Source: an uncultured Chloroflexia bacterium
Lineage (GTDB): Bacteria > Chloroflexota > Limnocylindria > Limnocylindrales > CSP1-4
DNA: 64,000 nucleotides
Assembly (NCBI GenBank): GCA_963746845.1
Contig: CAVVCZ010000007.1
Location: 32,001 to 96,000, forward strand
Direction of reading: 5' to 3'
How positions within the stretch are numbered: the first letter of the stretch is position 1; each line of letters begins with the position of its first letter. Below are positions 38,040 through 48,699 of the stretch, one piece after another. Made by a program: the position numbers and the translations under genes. The notes below the pieces were generated by a model that worked only from the letters and a program-made list of their open reading frames with translations, was not told the origin of the DNA and did not search any database.

Positions 38040-39250
38040 GTCCCCACCCCGGCCCCGACGGGATCGACGGCGCCCGCCCCACCGGCCGCGGCCACCACGA
38101 AGACTCGCGGGTGCAGCCCGGTCCGCCGCTCGTAGTCGCGCTCGACCGCCTCACGCAGGTCGGCGACCGCGGCGGGCCGCACCAGGTTGATCGTGCAGCC
38201 CCCGAACCCGGCACCGGTCAGCCGGGCCGCGACGACCCCGGGCGTCTCGGTCGCGATCTCGACGAGCGTGTCGAGCGGGATGGACGACACCTCGTACAGT
38301 CGCCGGAGCGAGTCGTGGCTCTCGGCGAACAGGCGGCCGACCGTCTCCAGGTCGCCGGTGACGAGCGCCGCGCACGTCGCATCGACCCGCGCGATCTCCC
38401 GGACCACGTGCTCCGCCCGGCGCGCGGCCACCCGGTCCGCGGCGGTCAGCTCCGGCAGGACCGCCTCGAGCAGCCCCGGATCGACGTCCCGGAGCGATGT
38501 GATCGCCCGCCCCGTGCCCGCCAGCGCCGCGATCGCCGTCACGGCACGGGCGCACTCCGCCCGGCGATCGTTGTAGGCGGAGCCCGTGAGGGCACGTGGG
38601 GCCCCGGTGTGGCACACGACGAGGACGAGGTCCGCGGGAAGCGGCACCGGGCGCCAGTCCAGCGACCGGCAGTCGAGACGCAGCGCCGCGCCGGCCACGC
38701 CGAACGTGACGGCGAACTGGTCCATCAGCCCGCATTGGACCCCGACGTGCTCGTTCTCGCCGCGCTGCGCGATCCGGGCGAGGGTCATCGGGTCCGTCGC
38801 CGGCGCCTCCCCGCCGGACAGCGCCCAGGCCGATGCCAGCTCGAGCGCCGCCGACGACGACAGGCCGGCCTGCGCCGGCAGGTCGCTGCCCACCACGCCA
38901 ACGAAGCCTCCGACAGGCAGTCCCGCCGCGTCCATCGCCCAGGCGGTGCCCGCCACGTAGTCGATCCAGTGGCCGCGCGCCGGGCCGAGGTCGTCGAGGT
39001 CGATCTCGGCCGTGTCGCCCGCGTCGAGCGAGGTGAGGCGGACGGTCCGCGACACGGTCGGGAGGAGCGCGATCCGGACCTCTCGGTCGATCGCGGCGGG
39101 CAGGACGAGCCCGTCGTTGTAGTCGGTGTGCTCTCCGATCAGGTTGACCCGGCCGGGCGCCCGAACGACCCGGATCGCGTCGCGGCGCCGGGCCGCGTCG
39201 GGCTCGCCGGCGACCAGGGCCCCGATCAACGACCCCGCGAACGCGCTCAT
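38036..39250 (-). CDS. galK: Galactokinase
   Basis: APGRVNLIGEHTDYN, GLSSSAALE, CGLMDQ, RLTGAGFGGC. Confidence 0.96.
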   Translation of the reverse strand: MSAFAGSLIGALVAGEPDAARRRDAIRVVRAPGRVNLIGEHTDYNDGLVLPAAIDREVRIALLPTVSRTVRLTSLDAGDTAEIDLDDLGPARGHWIDYVAGTAWAMDAAGLPVGGFVGVVGSDLPAQAGLSSSAALELASAWALSGGEAPATDPMTLARIAQRGENEHVGVQCGLMDQFAVTFGVAGAALRLDCRSLDWRPVPLPADLVLVVCHTGAPRALTGSAYNDRRAECARAVTAIAALAGTGRAITSLRDVDPGLLEAVLPELTAADRVAARRAEHVVREIARVDATCAALVTGDLETVGRLFAESHDSLRRLYEVSSIPLDTLVEIATETPGVVAARLTGAGFGGCTINLVRPAAVADLREAVERDYERRTGLHPRVFVVAAAGGAGAVDPVGAGVGT

Positions 39251-40638
39251 CCGCGAGCGCCCTGCCCGTCGGCCACCCCGTCCGCGACGGAGGCGATGAA
39301 GGGCTCGATCGGAGACGCGGCGAGGAGCCGGCGGGTGGTGGTCAGCCCCCAGTCGTCGAGGTCGGCGAGGCGATCGGAGGAGCCGCGAAGCCCGCCGTAG
39401 CGCTCCACGTGCGCCGCCAGGGCTTCACGGTGCTCGACGGCGGGCCGGGCAACGATGCAGTCCGGGTCGTTGACCCAGAACCGGCCATGCTGGAACGCCC
39501 GCCCGGCGCCTGTCACGACCGCGGACCGGCCCCCCGGCTTCGAGAGGTCGCCGTCGTCCGGCTCCCAGTGCGGACCGGTGTCGGGGCTGATCCGCATCGC
39601 GTCGACGAGCCCGACGCTCGGCAGGATCGGTGCCCCGCAGCCGAGCAGGTACGCGTCACCGATCGCGCCGCGGATCAGCTCCATTCCGCTCCGGTACGCC
39701 TGGATCTCGGTGAGGGACCGATCCTGCCGCCGCCCGGGCATCGCGCCCGCGTACAGGAAGTCGATCTTGAAGTAGTCGAACCCGAGACCGCACAGCGTCT
39801 CGAACACGCCGGCGAGCCACGCCCGCGCATCCGCGTGGGTGGTGTCGAGAACCAGCAATCGCTGGTCCCAGTTGTGGCCGGCGTCGACGGGCGCATCGGT
39901 CGCGAGGTCGCGGACCAGCCAGTCGGGATGGAGCCGGGCCGTCTCGGATCGCTCGCCGACGAGGAAGGGCGCCACCCAGATCCCCGCCCGCCGACCGGCC
40001 CCATGGATGCGCCGGACCAGGCCCTCGAGGGACACGAACCGCCCGGACAGCGCCAGCCAGTCGCCGATCTCCGCCTGGTAGCCGTCGTCCAGCTGGACGA
40101 CGTCGATCGGCAGGTCCAGCCGGTCCATCGAGGCCAGGTTCTCGTCCATGTCGGCCTCGGTCACGTCCGTGAAGTAGTGGTACCAGGAGCACCAGACCGT
40201 CGGCGCGCGCCGGATCCCCTTCACTCCGGCCCGGACCGCGAACCAGCCGGCCCAGGCGGCCAGGGCGCGATCGATCCCGCCTTCGGCCGGATGCTGATCG
40301 TGGGTCACGTCGCCGTCGGCCCAGACCTGGATCACGTCCCCGTTCTGCTCCAATCGGATCGATGGCACGATCCGGTCCGCGCGCGCGGCATGGAAGACGT
40401 GGATCTGCTCGGAGGGCGTCGGCTGGACCGCGAGCAGGCCCTCGCCCTGGAACACGCCGGGCGGCACGGCGTCCCCCGGTCGGTAGCCCATGACCCGGCT
40501 CACGGCGTGCCTCGGTCGGGGTGGTTGATCCGTGACGGCCCAGGTCGCCGACGGGCTCCACGACTGCCAGCCATGCTCGAACACGCGCGACGACGCCGGA
40601 TCCACGTGCAGCTCGGCGATCCGTTCGAAGGCACCCAT
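39247..40638 (-). CDS. Alpha-galactosidase (GH36)
   Basis: HGWQSWS, WCSWYHYF, QLDDGYQ, GIWVAPF, FKIDF, LGCGAP, MRISPD, NDPD. Confidence 0.92.
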   Translation of the reverse strand: MGAFERIAELHVDPASSRVFEHGWQSWSPSATWAVTDQPPRPRHAVSRVMGYRPGDAVPPGVFQGEGLLAVQPTPSEQIHVFHAARADRIVPSIRLEQNGDVIQVWADGDVTHDQHPAEGGIDRALAAWAGWFAVRAGVKGIRRAPTVWCSWYHYFTDVTEADMDENLASMDRLDLPIDVVQLDDGYQAEIGDWLALSGRFVSLEGLVRRIHGAGRRAGIWVAPFLVGERSETARLHPDWLVRDLATDAPVDAGHNWDQRLLVLDTTHADARAWLAGVFETLCGLGFDYFKIDFLYAGAMPGRRQDRSLTEIQAYRSGMELIRGAIGDAYLLGCGAPILPSVGLVDAMRISPDTGPHWEPDDGDLSKPGGRSAVVTGAGRAFQHGRFWVNDPDCIVARPAVEHREALAAHVERYGGLRGSSDRLADLDDWGLTTTRRLLAASPIEPFIASVADGVADGQGARG

Positions 40639-40648
40639 CCCGGCCACG

Positions 40649-41571
40649 CTATCCGAACGCCAGGAGCAGCGCACCGACCAGGACGAGCACGGCCGCGCCG
40701 ATCCGGCGCGCGGCGTCCGCGTTCCCCGTCGCCTCGCGGAGGCGCAACGCACCCCAGCCCGACGCGAGGACGATGGCCGACTCCCGGAGGGGGACGACCG
40801 CCGTCAACGGGGCCACGCCGTAGGCGATCAGGATCAGCAGGTAGGCCGCGAGCGTGATCAGGCCACCGACGGCCGCCCGCGGGACCGAGAACGCGGGGTC
40901 GGGTGGGTCGGGGTCGAGGGCCGGCGTTGCCACGCCGGCCGCCACGCGCGACGCCGCCCATCGGCGATAGATCCACACGTAGCTCCACAGGAACGCGACG
41001 CAGCTGGCCCAGATCAGCGCGGCGTAGGTCCACGCCTCCGTGCCCCTGACCGCCACCGAGTCCACCGCCGAGTAGCACGCGATCGTGACGCCGGTGAGGA
41101 GCGCGAAGCCGGCAGCGCCGGAGCCCGCGCGCCCGTCGGCGTGCAGGTACTGCCACGGCCGCTGGAGCGCGAGCATCCCGACGAGCAGGCACGCGACGCC
41201 GAGGAACCCAACGGTGCCGAGACGCTCGCCGAGAATGACGACGCCGATCGCGACGGCCAGCAATGGCGCCGTGCCGCGGGCGATCGGGTACACGATGGAC
41301 AGGTCGCCGCGTCGGTAGGCGGACGCGAGGAACGCGAAGTACATCGCCTCGAGCAGGCCCGAGACGACCGACAGCCCGAGCGTCTCCGCGGGGATCGCGG
41401 GCCGGCCGATGACCAGCCAGGCGACGAGCGCCGTCGGACACAGGAGCACGGCGGCGGCCGTCATGCCGACCGCGGCCGCCCGGAGCGGATCGCCCGCGGT
41501 CTTGAGCAGAACGTTCCACGTCACGTGGAGTACGGCCGCGCCCGCGACCAGGACGAAGACGACGGGTCCAC
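40649..41571 (-). CDS. EamA/DMT transporter; apparent one-base deletion just after the GTG start
   Basis: AAVLHVTWNVLLK, AYRRGDLSIVYPIARGTAP, PLRES; TAGCAT 6 nt before GTG GAC CC- GTC. Confidence 0.85.
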
Positions 41572-41685
41572 GGCCGGATGCTAGCCCGGCCGACGATCGT
41601 GGGACGCGTCCCCGGTCGCAGCTCGTCGCCGGCGCCGGACTCGAAACAGCGGGTGCCGGACGATCCGGCGCCCGCTTCACGTTCG

Positions 41686-43377
41686 TCAGCGGGCGATGTC
41701 GCGCCGGCTGACCCCCCAGGCGCCGATCGCGATGCCACCGATGGCGATCACCACACAGAGCACCACGCCGACCGGATCCCACTGGCCGATCATCGGCTGC
41801 CCGACATGGGCGGTCAGCGCGAGCTGGTGGACCCAGTCCGGCAGGCCGAGCGGCGGAGCCAGCAGGTCGAGCAGGAACGTCGCGACGACGAACAGCGCCG
41901 CGATCTCGGCCGCGAGTGAGGTCCGCCACAGCCCGCCGATCGCGACACCGATCCCGACGATGGCGGCGGCATAGAGACCGAGCGATGCCGAGCCGAGGAG
42001 CGCGTCTCCCGCCGTGGAACCGCCGGCTGCGGCGCCGAGGCTGATCCCCAGCGCGAACAGCACGGTCATCAGCGCGACTCCGATGATCGCCGCGACACCG
42101 CCGGCGACGACCCAGCGCGAGCGAGTCAACGGCGTCGTCAGCACCTCCTCGAGCCGGCCTTCGGTCTCGTCGGACGCCCACTTCGACACGAACGTCGTGG
42201 CCGCGAAGCCGGCCGCGATGAAGAACAGCTCGGCGTACAGCTGGAGCCAGCCGCCCGCGGTCGAGAAGTCGTACCCAGGGAAGAGCTTGCCGAACACGTT
42301 CCCCATGTCGGGCGTCTTCGCGATCAGGTCGGAGAACGAGCCCACGAGCGAGCCGAGGAGCGCTCCCCAGAAGGCCATGCCGATGCCCCAGGACAGCGAC
42401 CGAGGAAGCTGATCGCCGAACGCCCGCGTGATCGGGCCGCGGACCCCGAGCACGTCCTGCGGGAGCGACGGGAAGGAGAGTCCGGCCGTCACGCCGAGGT
42501 CGCGCCGGTCGAAGACCACGACCCCGAGGGCGAGGAGGACGACGCCGACGATGCCGACGAGCGCGAGGCCGGGCCAGTCGTAGAAACCGGCGAGCGGCAC
42601 GTGGTCGACCGTCCAGTGGAACGGGCTCAAGGCGATCAGCGGTCCCCCGACATCCAGGCCGCTCATCACCCAGAGCGCGATCATCACCACACCGGCAACG
42701 GCCGCCGAGCCGGCGCGGCCGAGAACCGGAGCCAGCACGAATGCGACGCCGCCGAAGAACATCGCGATGAACCCGACCCACAGCCCGAATCCGATCGCCG
42801 AGCCGAGCGGGATCTGGTCACCCAGCGATGCGTCGCCGAAGGCGTACGAGCTGATCGTGAGCATGATCGCGAGGATGGCCACCGCCAGCCAGAGCATCGT
42901 CAGGTGAGCGGCGAGCTTCTCGACCGCGATCCGGCGCTTGCCGAAGGGCGACGTGGCAACGAGGTCGAGGCTGCCACGGGCCGCTTCGCCCGCGAGCGTC
43001 CCCGACAGCGCGAGGATCGACCACAAGGCCGTCCCGAGGGCAAACGTCGCCCCGTACTTCCAGGTCACATACCCGCCGAGCGTCCCGAGCTTGGCGCCCA
43101 TCAGGGTCGTGTTGCCGAAGAGGTTGACCATCTGGGCGGGCATGCTTCCCACGAGGGCGTTCAGGTCGAGTCGGGTCTGCGAGGTCGGAAACACGGTTCC
43201 GATGGCCGCACCCAGGACGAGGGACAGGCCGGCGAGCATGCCGGCCGCGATGATGAAGGCAAGCCGGGAATCGCGGATCGTCTTGCCGTAGATGCTCCCG
43301 AACCCGTAGATCCGGCGCCGGAGCGGGATTGACGGATAGACCGCCGCCCCCTGCGGCGCCTGTGCGCCGGCGCTCAT
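41686..43377 (-). CDS. ABC-2 exporter permease (two internal halves)
   Basis: About 12 TM; AGEAARGSLDL / SDETEGRLEE and RRDL / RRDI repeated motifs. Confidence 0.88.
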   Translation of the reverse strand: MSAGAQAPQGAAVYPSIPLRRRIYGFGSIYGKTIRDSRLAFIIAAGMLAGLSLVLGAAIGTVFPTSQTRLDLNALVGSMPAQMVNLFGNTTLMGAKLGTLGGYVTWKYGATFALGTALWSILALSGTLAGEAARGSLDLVATSPFGKRRIAVEKLAAHLTMLWLAVAILAIMLTISSYAFGDASLGDQIPLGSAIGFGLWVGFIAMFFGGVAFVLAPVLGRAGSAAVAGVVMIALWVMSGLDVGGPLIALSPFHWTVDHVPLAGFYDWPGLALVGIVGVVLLALGVVVFDRRDLGVTAGLSFPSLPQDVLGVRGPITRAFGDQLPRSLSWGIGMAFWGALLGSLVGSFSDLIAKTPDMGNVFGKLFPGYDFSTAGGWLQLYAELFFIAAGFAATTFVSKWASDETEGRLEEVLTTPLTRSRWVVAGGVAAIIGVALMTVLFALGISLGAAAGGSTAGDALLGSASLGLYAAAIVGIGVAIGGLWRTSLAAEIAALFVVATFLLDLLAPPLGLPDWVHQLALTAHVGQPMIGQWDPVGVVLCVVIAIGGIAIGAWGVSRRDIAR

Positions 43378-44285
43378 GACTTCACCTCGACCGCTTGCTG
43401 GCCGTACTGCGCCAGGAACGTCTCCTCGAGGCTCGGCTCGCGGCTGACGAAGTCGGAGAGCTCGTAGGCCGCGGCGGCGCGGACGACCGGGGTGATCGAG
43501 CCGAAGACCCGCATCCGGAGCGTGTGATCCTCGACGGCCACGTCCGAGACGCCGGGGAGGGATCGGAACGCGTCGACAGGCACGTTCGCACCATCGACGA
43601 AGCGAAGCTCGACCTGGTGGTGGGCCAGGTCACGAAGGGCCTCGGTCCGATCGACCTTGACGAGCACGCCGTCGCGGATGATCGCGACCCGATCGCAGGT
43701 CCGCTCCACCTCGGAGAGGATATGGCTGGAGAGGAAGACGGTGCGGCCTTCCTCCCGCGCTTCACGAACGAGCGCGTAGAACGACTGCTGCACCAGCGGA
43801 TCGAGACCCGACGTCGGCTCGTCGAGGATCAGGAGATCCGGACGATGCTGGAGCGCGACGACCAAGCCGATCTTCTGCTTGTTGCCCTTCGAGTACTCCT
43901 TGAACCGGCGGGTCGGGTCGATGTCGAAGCGCTCGATCAGGCTCTGGCGATAGCCGGGGTCCACGCCGCCCCGCAGGTTGCCGAAGTACTCGAGCGTCTG
44001 GCCGCCCGTGAGGCGGTCGTAGAGCGTGAACTCGCCCGGGATGTAACCGATCCGGCGGTGGATGGCGACCGGGTCGACCGTCGACTCGATGCCGAAGACG
44101 AGGACCCTGCCGGAGGTCGGCCGGATGAGGTCGAGCAAGGTCCGGATGGTCGTGGTCTTGCCGGCACCGTTCGGCCCGAGAAAGCCGAAGACCTCGCCCT
44201 GCTCGACCGACAGGTCGACGTCGATGACGCCGCGATGCTCACCGTAGGACTTGGTCAGCTTCTCGATCTCGATGATGGCGGTCAT
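43374..44285 (-). CDS. ABC exporter ATP-binding protein
   Basis: GPNGAGKTT, YSKGNKQK, LILDEPTSGLDP, SSH. Confidence 0.95.
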   Translation of the reverse strand: MTAIIEIEKLTKSYGEHRGVIDVDLSVEQGEVFGFLGPNGAGKTTTIRTLLDLIRPTSGRVLVFGIESTVDPVAIHRRIGYIPGEFTLYDRLTGGQTLEYFGNLRGGVDPGYRQSLIERFDIDPTRRFKEYSKGNKQKIGLVVALQHRPDLLILDEPTSGLDPLVQQSFYALVREAREEGRTVFLSSHILSEVERTCDRVAIIRDGVLVKVDRTEALRDLAHHQVELRFVDGANVPVDAFRSLPGVSDVAVEDHTLRMRVFGSITPVVRAAAAYELSDFVSREPSLEETFLAQYGQQAVEVKS

Positions 44286-44334
44286 GCCTGTCCTTTCGCC
44301 GGTTCCGTGCCGGCATCGCGTTCGTGCCGCGTCG

Positions 44335-44823
44335 TCACGCCGACGCTTCGTTGGTGGGGGCGCCGCGCTCGCCGAGGAACCGGTCGATCACGCGGGGCAC
44401 CTCGACCTCGATGAAGGCCATGACGTCGTGGAACTCCTGCATCCGGGCGCGCGCGCTCGGCGAGTCATCCACCGCCTCGAGCCCGTGCTCCGCGATGATC
44501 CGGAGCTGGCGATAGATGACGCTCGCGCTCGACAGCATCGAGTCGAGCGCCTCCGGCGGCGAGCTGAAGTACTCGCGCCGGTCGCCCCGGCGGGTCGTCC
44601 GGCGGATGAAGCCGGCCGTCGTCAGGATCCGGGCGGCACCGCTCACCGCGCCACGGCTCGCCTGGAGCGCCTCGGCGATGTCCGTGGCCGACTGCTCCGG
44701 TGGGTCGCACAGGAGGAGCCAGCCCCACATCCGGCCGGCCATCGGGGTCATCCCGTAGCCACCGAGGAACTGGCCCATCTCCTCGATGAACCGGCTCTGC
44801 TCGGGGGTCAGGGTCGTCGCCAT
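44335..44823 (-). CDS. GbsR/MarR family regulator
   Basis: GMTPMAGRMWGWLLLCDPPEQSA.DIA..LQASRGAVS, GDRREYF. Confidence 0.88.
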   Translation of the reverse strand: MATTLTPEQSRFIEEMGQFLGGYGMTPMAGRMWGWLLLCDPPEQSATDIAEALQASRGAVSGAARILTTAGFIRRTTRRGDRREYFSSPPEALDSMLSSASVIYRQLRIIAEHGLEAVDDSPSARARMQEFHDVMAFIEVEVPRVIDRFLGERGAPTNEASA

Positions 44824-44829
44824 GCGCCG

Positions 44830-44865
44830 ATGCTAGTCCGTTCCGAAGTTTCAGTCAATGCTGAA
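44830..44865 (-). promoter_or_regulatory. Leaderless promoter TTGACT-17-TAGCAT with palindrome TTCAG-N6-CTGAA (44850-44865) over the -35
   Basis: Seen directly; likely autoregulatory site. Confidence 0.75.
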
Positions 44866-44952
44866 TCGGCGTGACGGTCCGCGGCGGTCGCAGGCGGGTC
44901 GATCGGGTGGGCGTGCGCGGCTACGGGCCGCGCAAGAACGGTCGCGCGGCCG

Positions 44953-45843
44953 TCAGACCCCGATGGGGTGCCAGACGGTCTTCATCTCCAGCCAGGCCGC
45001 GATCCATTCCGGGCGCTCGGCGGCGCGGTCGTCCAGCCAGTCGAAGCGAGCGTCGGTCACGCCGGCCGGCCGGCGCGCGATCCGCTTGATGTCCTCGGCG
45101 GCGAGAAGCTCGGTGTCGCGTCGCAGATCCGGGGGAACGCCCCAGACGTCCAGCGCATCGACGTCCTCGTGGGCCGCGAGGACCGGCACCAGCTCCGGCT
45201 TCCGCCCCGTGAGGATGTTCACGACCCCACCCGGCACGTCGGACGTCGCGAGCACCTCGGAGAGGGTCACCGCGGGCAATGGCCGCGTCTCGGACGAGAG
45301 CACCACGACCGAGTTGCCCGCGACGAGCGGCGGCGCCAGCCGGGAGACCAGGCCGAGGAGCGACGAGGTCTCGGGCGCGACGATCCCGACGACGCCGGTC
45401 GGCTCGGGGATCGTGAAGTTGAAGTACGGCGCCGCGACCGGGTTCGACGAGCCGAGGACCTGGGCGATCTTGTCGGCCCACCCCGCGTACCAGACCCAGC
45501 GGTCGATCGCCCGATCGACGATCGTCTCGGCCTTCTCGGCGCGCAGCCCCTCGGCCGCCGCGACCTCCGCGACGAACTGCTCGCGCCGGCCCTCCATCAG
45601 CTCGGCCACCCGGTACAGCACCTGGCCGCGGTTCATCGCGGTCTTGTCGGCCCAGGGCTGGAACGCCTTGCGAGCGGCGCGGACGGCCTCGCGGACGTCC
45701 TTGCGCGACGCCCGGACGGCATTCGCGATCGGGTCGCCGGAGGCGGACGACACGACGTACGACCGGCCGCTCTCGGAGCGCGGGAAGGCGCCCCCGATGT
45801 AGAGCTTGTACGTCTTGCGGACGTCGAGGCGGTCCGGCGCCAT
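44953..45843 (-). CDS. Short aldehyde dehydrogenase-like protein lacking the catalytic domain
   Basis: KTYKLYIGGAFPRSESGR, WYAGWADK, EPTGVV, GVVNILTG, KTVWHP; no ELGG/Cys region. Confidence 0.88.
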   Translation of the reverse strand: MAPDRLDVRKTYKLYIGGAFPRSESGRSYVVSSASGDPIANAVRASRKDVREAVRAARKAFQPWADKTAMNRGQVLYRVAELMEGRREQFVAEVAAAEGLRAEKAETIVDRAIDRWVWYAGWADKIAQVLGSSNPVAAPYFNFTIPEPTGVVGIVAPETSSLLGLVSRLAPPLVAGNSVVVLSSETRPLPAVTLSEVLATSDVPGGVVNILTGRKPELVPVLAAHEDVDALDVWGVPPDLRRDTELLAAEDIKRIARRPAGVTDARFDWLDDRAAERPEWIAAWLEMKTVWHPIGV

Positions 45844-45855
45844 CAGCGGGCCACC

Positions 45856-47399
45856 TCAGCGGTCATCGAGCCGGACATAGGCATGCAGGCCGTGCATCCC
45901 GCCCTCGCGGCCGAACCCGGACTCCTTGTAGCCGCCGAACGGCGAGGTCGGATCGAACCGATTGAACGTGTTCGCCCAGACGACGCCGGCCTTCATCCGC
46001 TTGACCATCTGGAGAATCCGGCTGCCCTTGTCGGTCCAGATGCCCGCGGACAGCCCGTACGGCGTGTTGTTCGCCTTCTCTACGGCCTCCTCGGGTGTCC
46101 GGAACGTCAGGACGGACAGCACCGGTCCGAAGATCTCCTCCCGAGCGATCCGGTGGCTCTGGGCCACGTTCGTGAAGAGCGTTGGCCGGAAGAAGCAGCC
46201 GCGATCGGGCAGATCGCAGGCCGGCTGGTACATCTCCGCGCCCTCGGCCCGTCCGGCTGCGACCAGCTCCGTGATCTTCTCGAGCTGGGCCCGGGAGTTG
46301 ATCGCGCCGACGTCCGTGTTCTTGTCGAGCGGGTCGCCGACCCGGATCGTCGCCAGGCGGTCCTTCAGCTTCTCGATCAGCGGCTCGACGATCGACTCCT
46401 GGGCGAGCAGCCGCGACCCGGCACAGCAGACCTCGCCCTGGTTGAAGTAGATCCCGTTGACGATCCCCTCGACCGCCTGGTCGAGCGGGGCGTCGTCGAA
46501 CACGATGTTCGCGGCCTTGCCGCCGAGCTCCAGGGTCAGCGCCTTGTCGGTGCCGGCGACCCCCTGGAAGATCTTCCGCCCGATCTCGGTCGATCCCGTG
46601 AAGGCGACCTTGTCGACGCCCGGGTGGGTGATCAGGGCCATCCCGATCTCGCCGGGGCCCGGGACGATGTTGACGACCCCCGGCGGGAGGTCGGCCTGGC
46701 GGCAGACGTCGGCGAAGAGCAGGGCGCTGAGCGGGGTCGTCGACGCCGGCTTCAGGACGACGGTGTTGCCGGCGGCGAGGGCCGGGGCGATCTTCCACGC
46801 GAGCATCAGGAGCGGGAAGTTCCACGGGATCACCTGGGCGGCGACGCCGAGCGGCCGGGCGACCCGTCCGGGGAACGCGTAGTCGAGCTTGTCCGCCCAG
46901 CCGGCGTAGTACCAGAAGTGGGCCGCGGCGAGCGGCACGTCGACGTCGCGCGACTCCTTGATCGGCTTGCCCGAGTCCATCGATTCGAGGACCGCGAACT
47001 CGCGCGACCGCTCCTGCAGGATCCGGGCGATCCGGAAGAGGTACTTCGCCCGCTCCTTGCCGGAGAGGGTCCCCCAGCGCCGGCGCTGGGCCGTCCGCGC
47101 CGCCCGGACGGCCGTGTCGACGTCCTTCGCCGCCGCCTTGGCGACGAGCGCGAGCGGCTCCTCGGTCGCGGGGTTGACGGTCGTGAACGTCTCGCCGCCG
47201 GTCGCCTGGACCTCGCGGCCGTTGATGAACAGCCCATAGCGGTCCTTGATCGTGACGACGTCGCGCGACTCCGGCGCGGGCGCGTACTCCCACGGGATCG
47301 CGGCACCGTCGCCGAGCCCCCAGCTCGACGGGTGCCCCCTCGACGCGGGTGACCGCGCCGTTCGTCGCCGCCGGATCGGCCGGGCGTCTTCGTGGCCAT
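45856..47399 (-). CDS. Aldehyde dehydrogenase; two +1 frameshifts near the 5' end (~47383, ~47319)
   Basis: WEYAPAPES, YGLFING, IPWNFP, FTGST, LELGGK, NQGEVCCAGS, EEIFGP, PFGGYKESG. Confidence 0.92.
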
Positions 47400-47409
47400 C
47401 GCGGCCATG

Positions 47410-48688
47410 CTACGCGAAGAGCGACTGACCGAGGTACCGGGCGGGATCGGGCACGCCAGGCAGGGTGTAGAAAAAGCCACCGCCGACGGGGCGGATGTAC
47501 TCCTCCAGCGGTTCGCCGGCGAGCCGCGCCTGGACGGCCAGGAACCCCGCCGCCAGATCGCGCTGGTAGCAGACGAAGACGAGGCCCTGGTCGAGGAGCC
47601 CGGCTGCGTCGAAGCCCCGGCTGTACGAGTAGCCGCGGCGGAGGATCCGGTTGCGTTCCGTCGCCGGCGTCCGCGGATTCGCGAGCCGGATGTGGGCGTC
47701 GAGCGGGACGACCTTGCCGTCCGGATCGCGTCGCGTAGTCCGGGATCGACTCCTCGCGCGGGCTGCCGAGAACCGCACCGGTGCGCTTCGTCCGCCCGAT
47801 GATCCCTTCCTGCTCGCCGAGCGCGGTCCGGTCCCAGCGCTCGACGAACATCCGGATCGGCCGGACGACGAGGTAGCTGCCGCCCACGGCCCAGTCCGGC
47901 TCGCCGTCCCGAGGCCCGACCCACACCAGCTCGTCGGCCACGGCGTCGTCTCCGACGGGCGGATTGGCCGTCCCGTCCTTGAACCCCAGCAGGTTGCGCG
48001 TCGTCGTGTGGCCCGGGGTCGCGGCCGGGTCCGGGCGCAGGAACCCGTCGATCAGCCAGCGCAGCCGGAGCGCGTCACGGACGCCCATCTGGAGGTAGCG
48101 CAGGGCGTGGATGCACGCCTCCTGGTCGACCGCGCAGATCTGGATCAGCAGGTCGCCGTGGCTCAGGGCGGGGTCGATGACGTCCTTCGGGAAGACCGGC
48201 ATCGGGGCGAGCTGCCGGGGCTTCCGATCGCCGAGACCGAACCGACCGTCGAACAGCGACGCCCCGACGGACACCGTCACGGTCAGGTCGGCCGGGCCTG
48301 TCGTCGCGCCGAGAATGCCGCTCTCCGGCGGCGGATAGAGCGGATCGCCGCCCTCCGGCGACCAGCCTGCGGCGAGGGTCCGGATCCGCGTCGTGAGGTC
48401 GGTCATCGCCCCGGCGAGGGTCGGACGATCCGGCGCCACGACGTCGAATGCGGCGAAGAGCGAGGCGGCCTGCGGCACGGCCGGGCGGACGATCCCGGCC
48501 TGGTGTGCGCCCTCGAAGGCCACGTGCGAGGCCTCGGCGGGGCGTGCCGCCGCGCCGCCCTGGGACGGGTCGACGGTGCCCGAGACGAGCACGCCGCCGA
48601 CGCCACCGGCGACGGCCGCCGCGCCTGCTCCCGCCGCCGCAACGAGGAACCGGCGCCGGCTGAGCGCGGGCGTGGTGATCTCGGTCAT
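47410..48688 (-). CDS. efeB: Tat-exported DyP peroxidase/deferrochelatase; frameshift near 47728
   Basis: SRRRFL Tat motif, [39 protein letters not shown]. Confidence 0.9.
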
Positions 48689-48699
48689 GGCCGGGGCGA

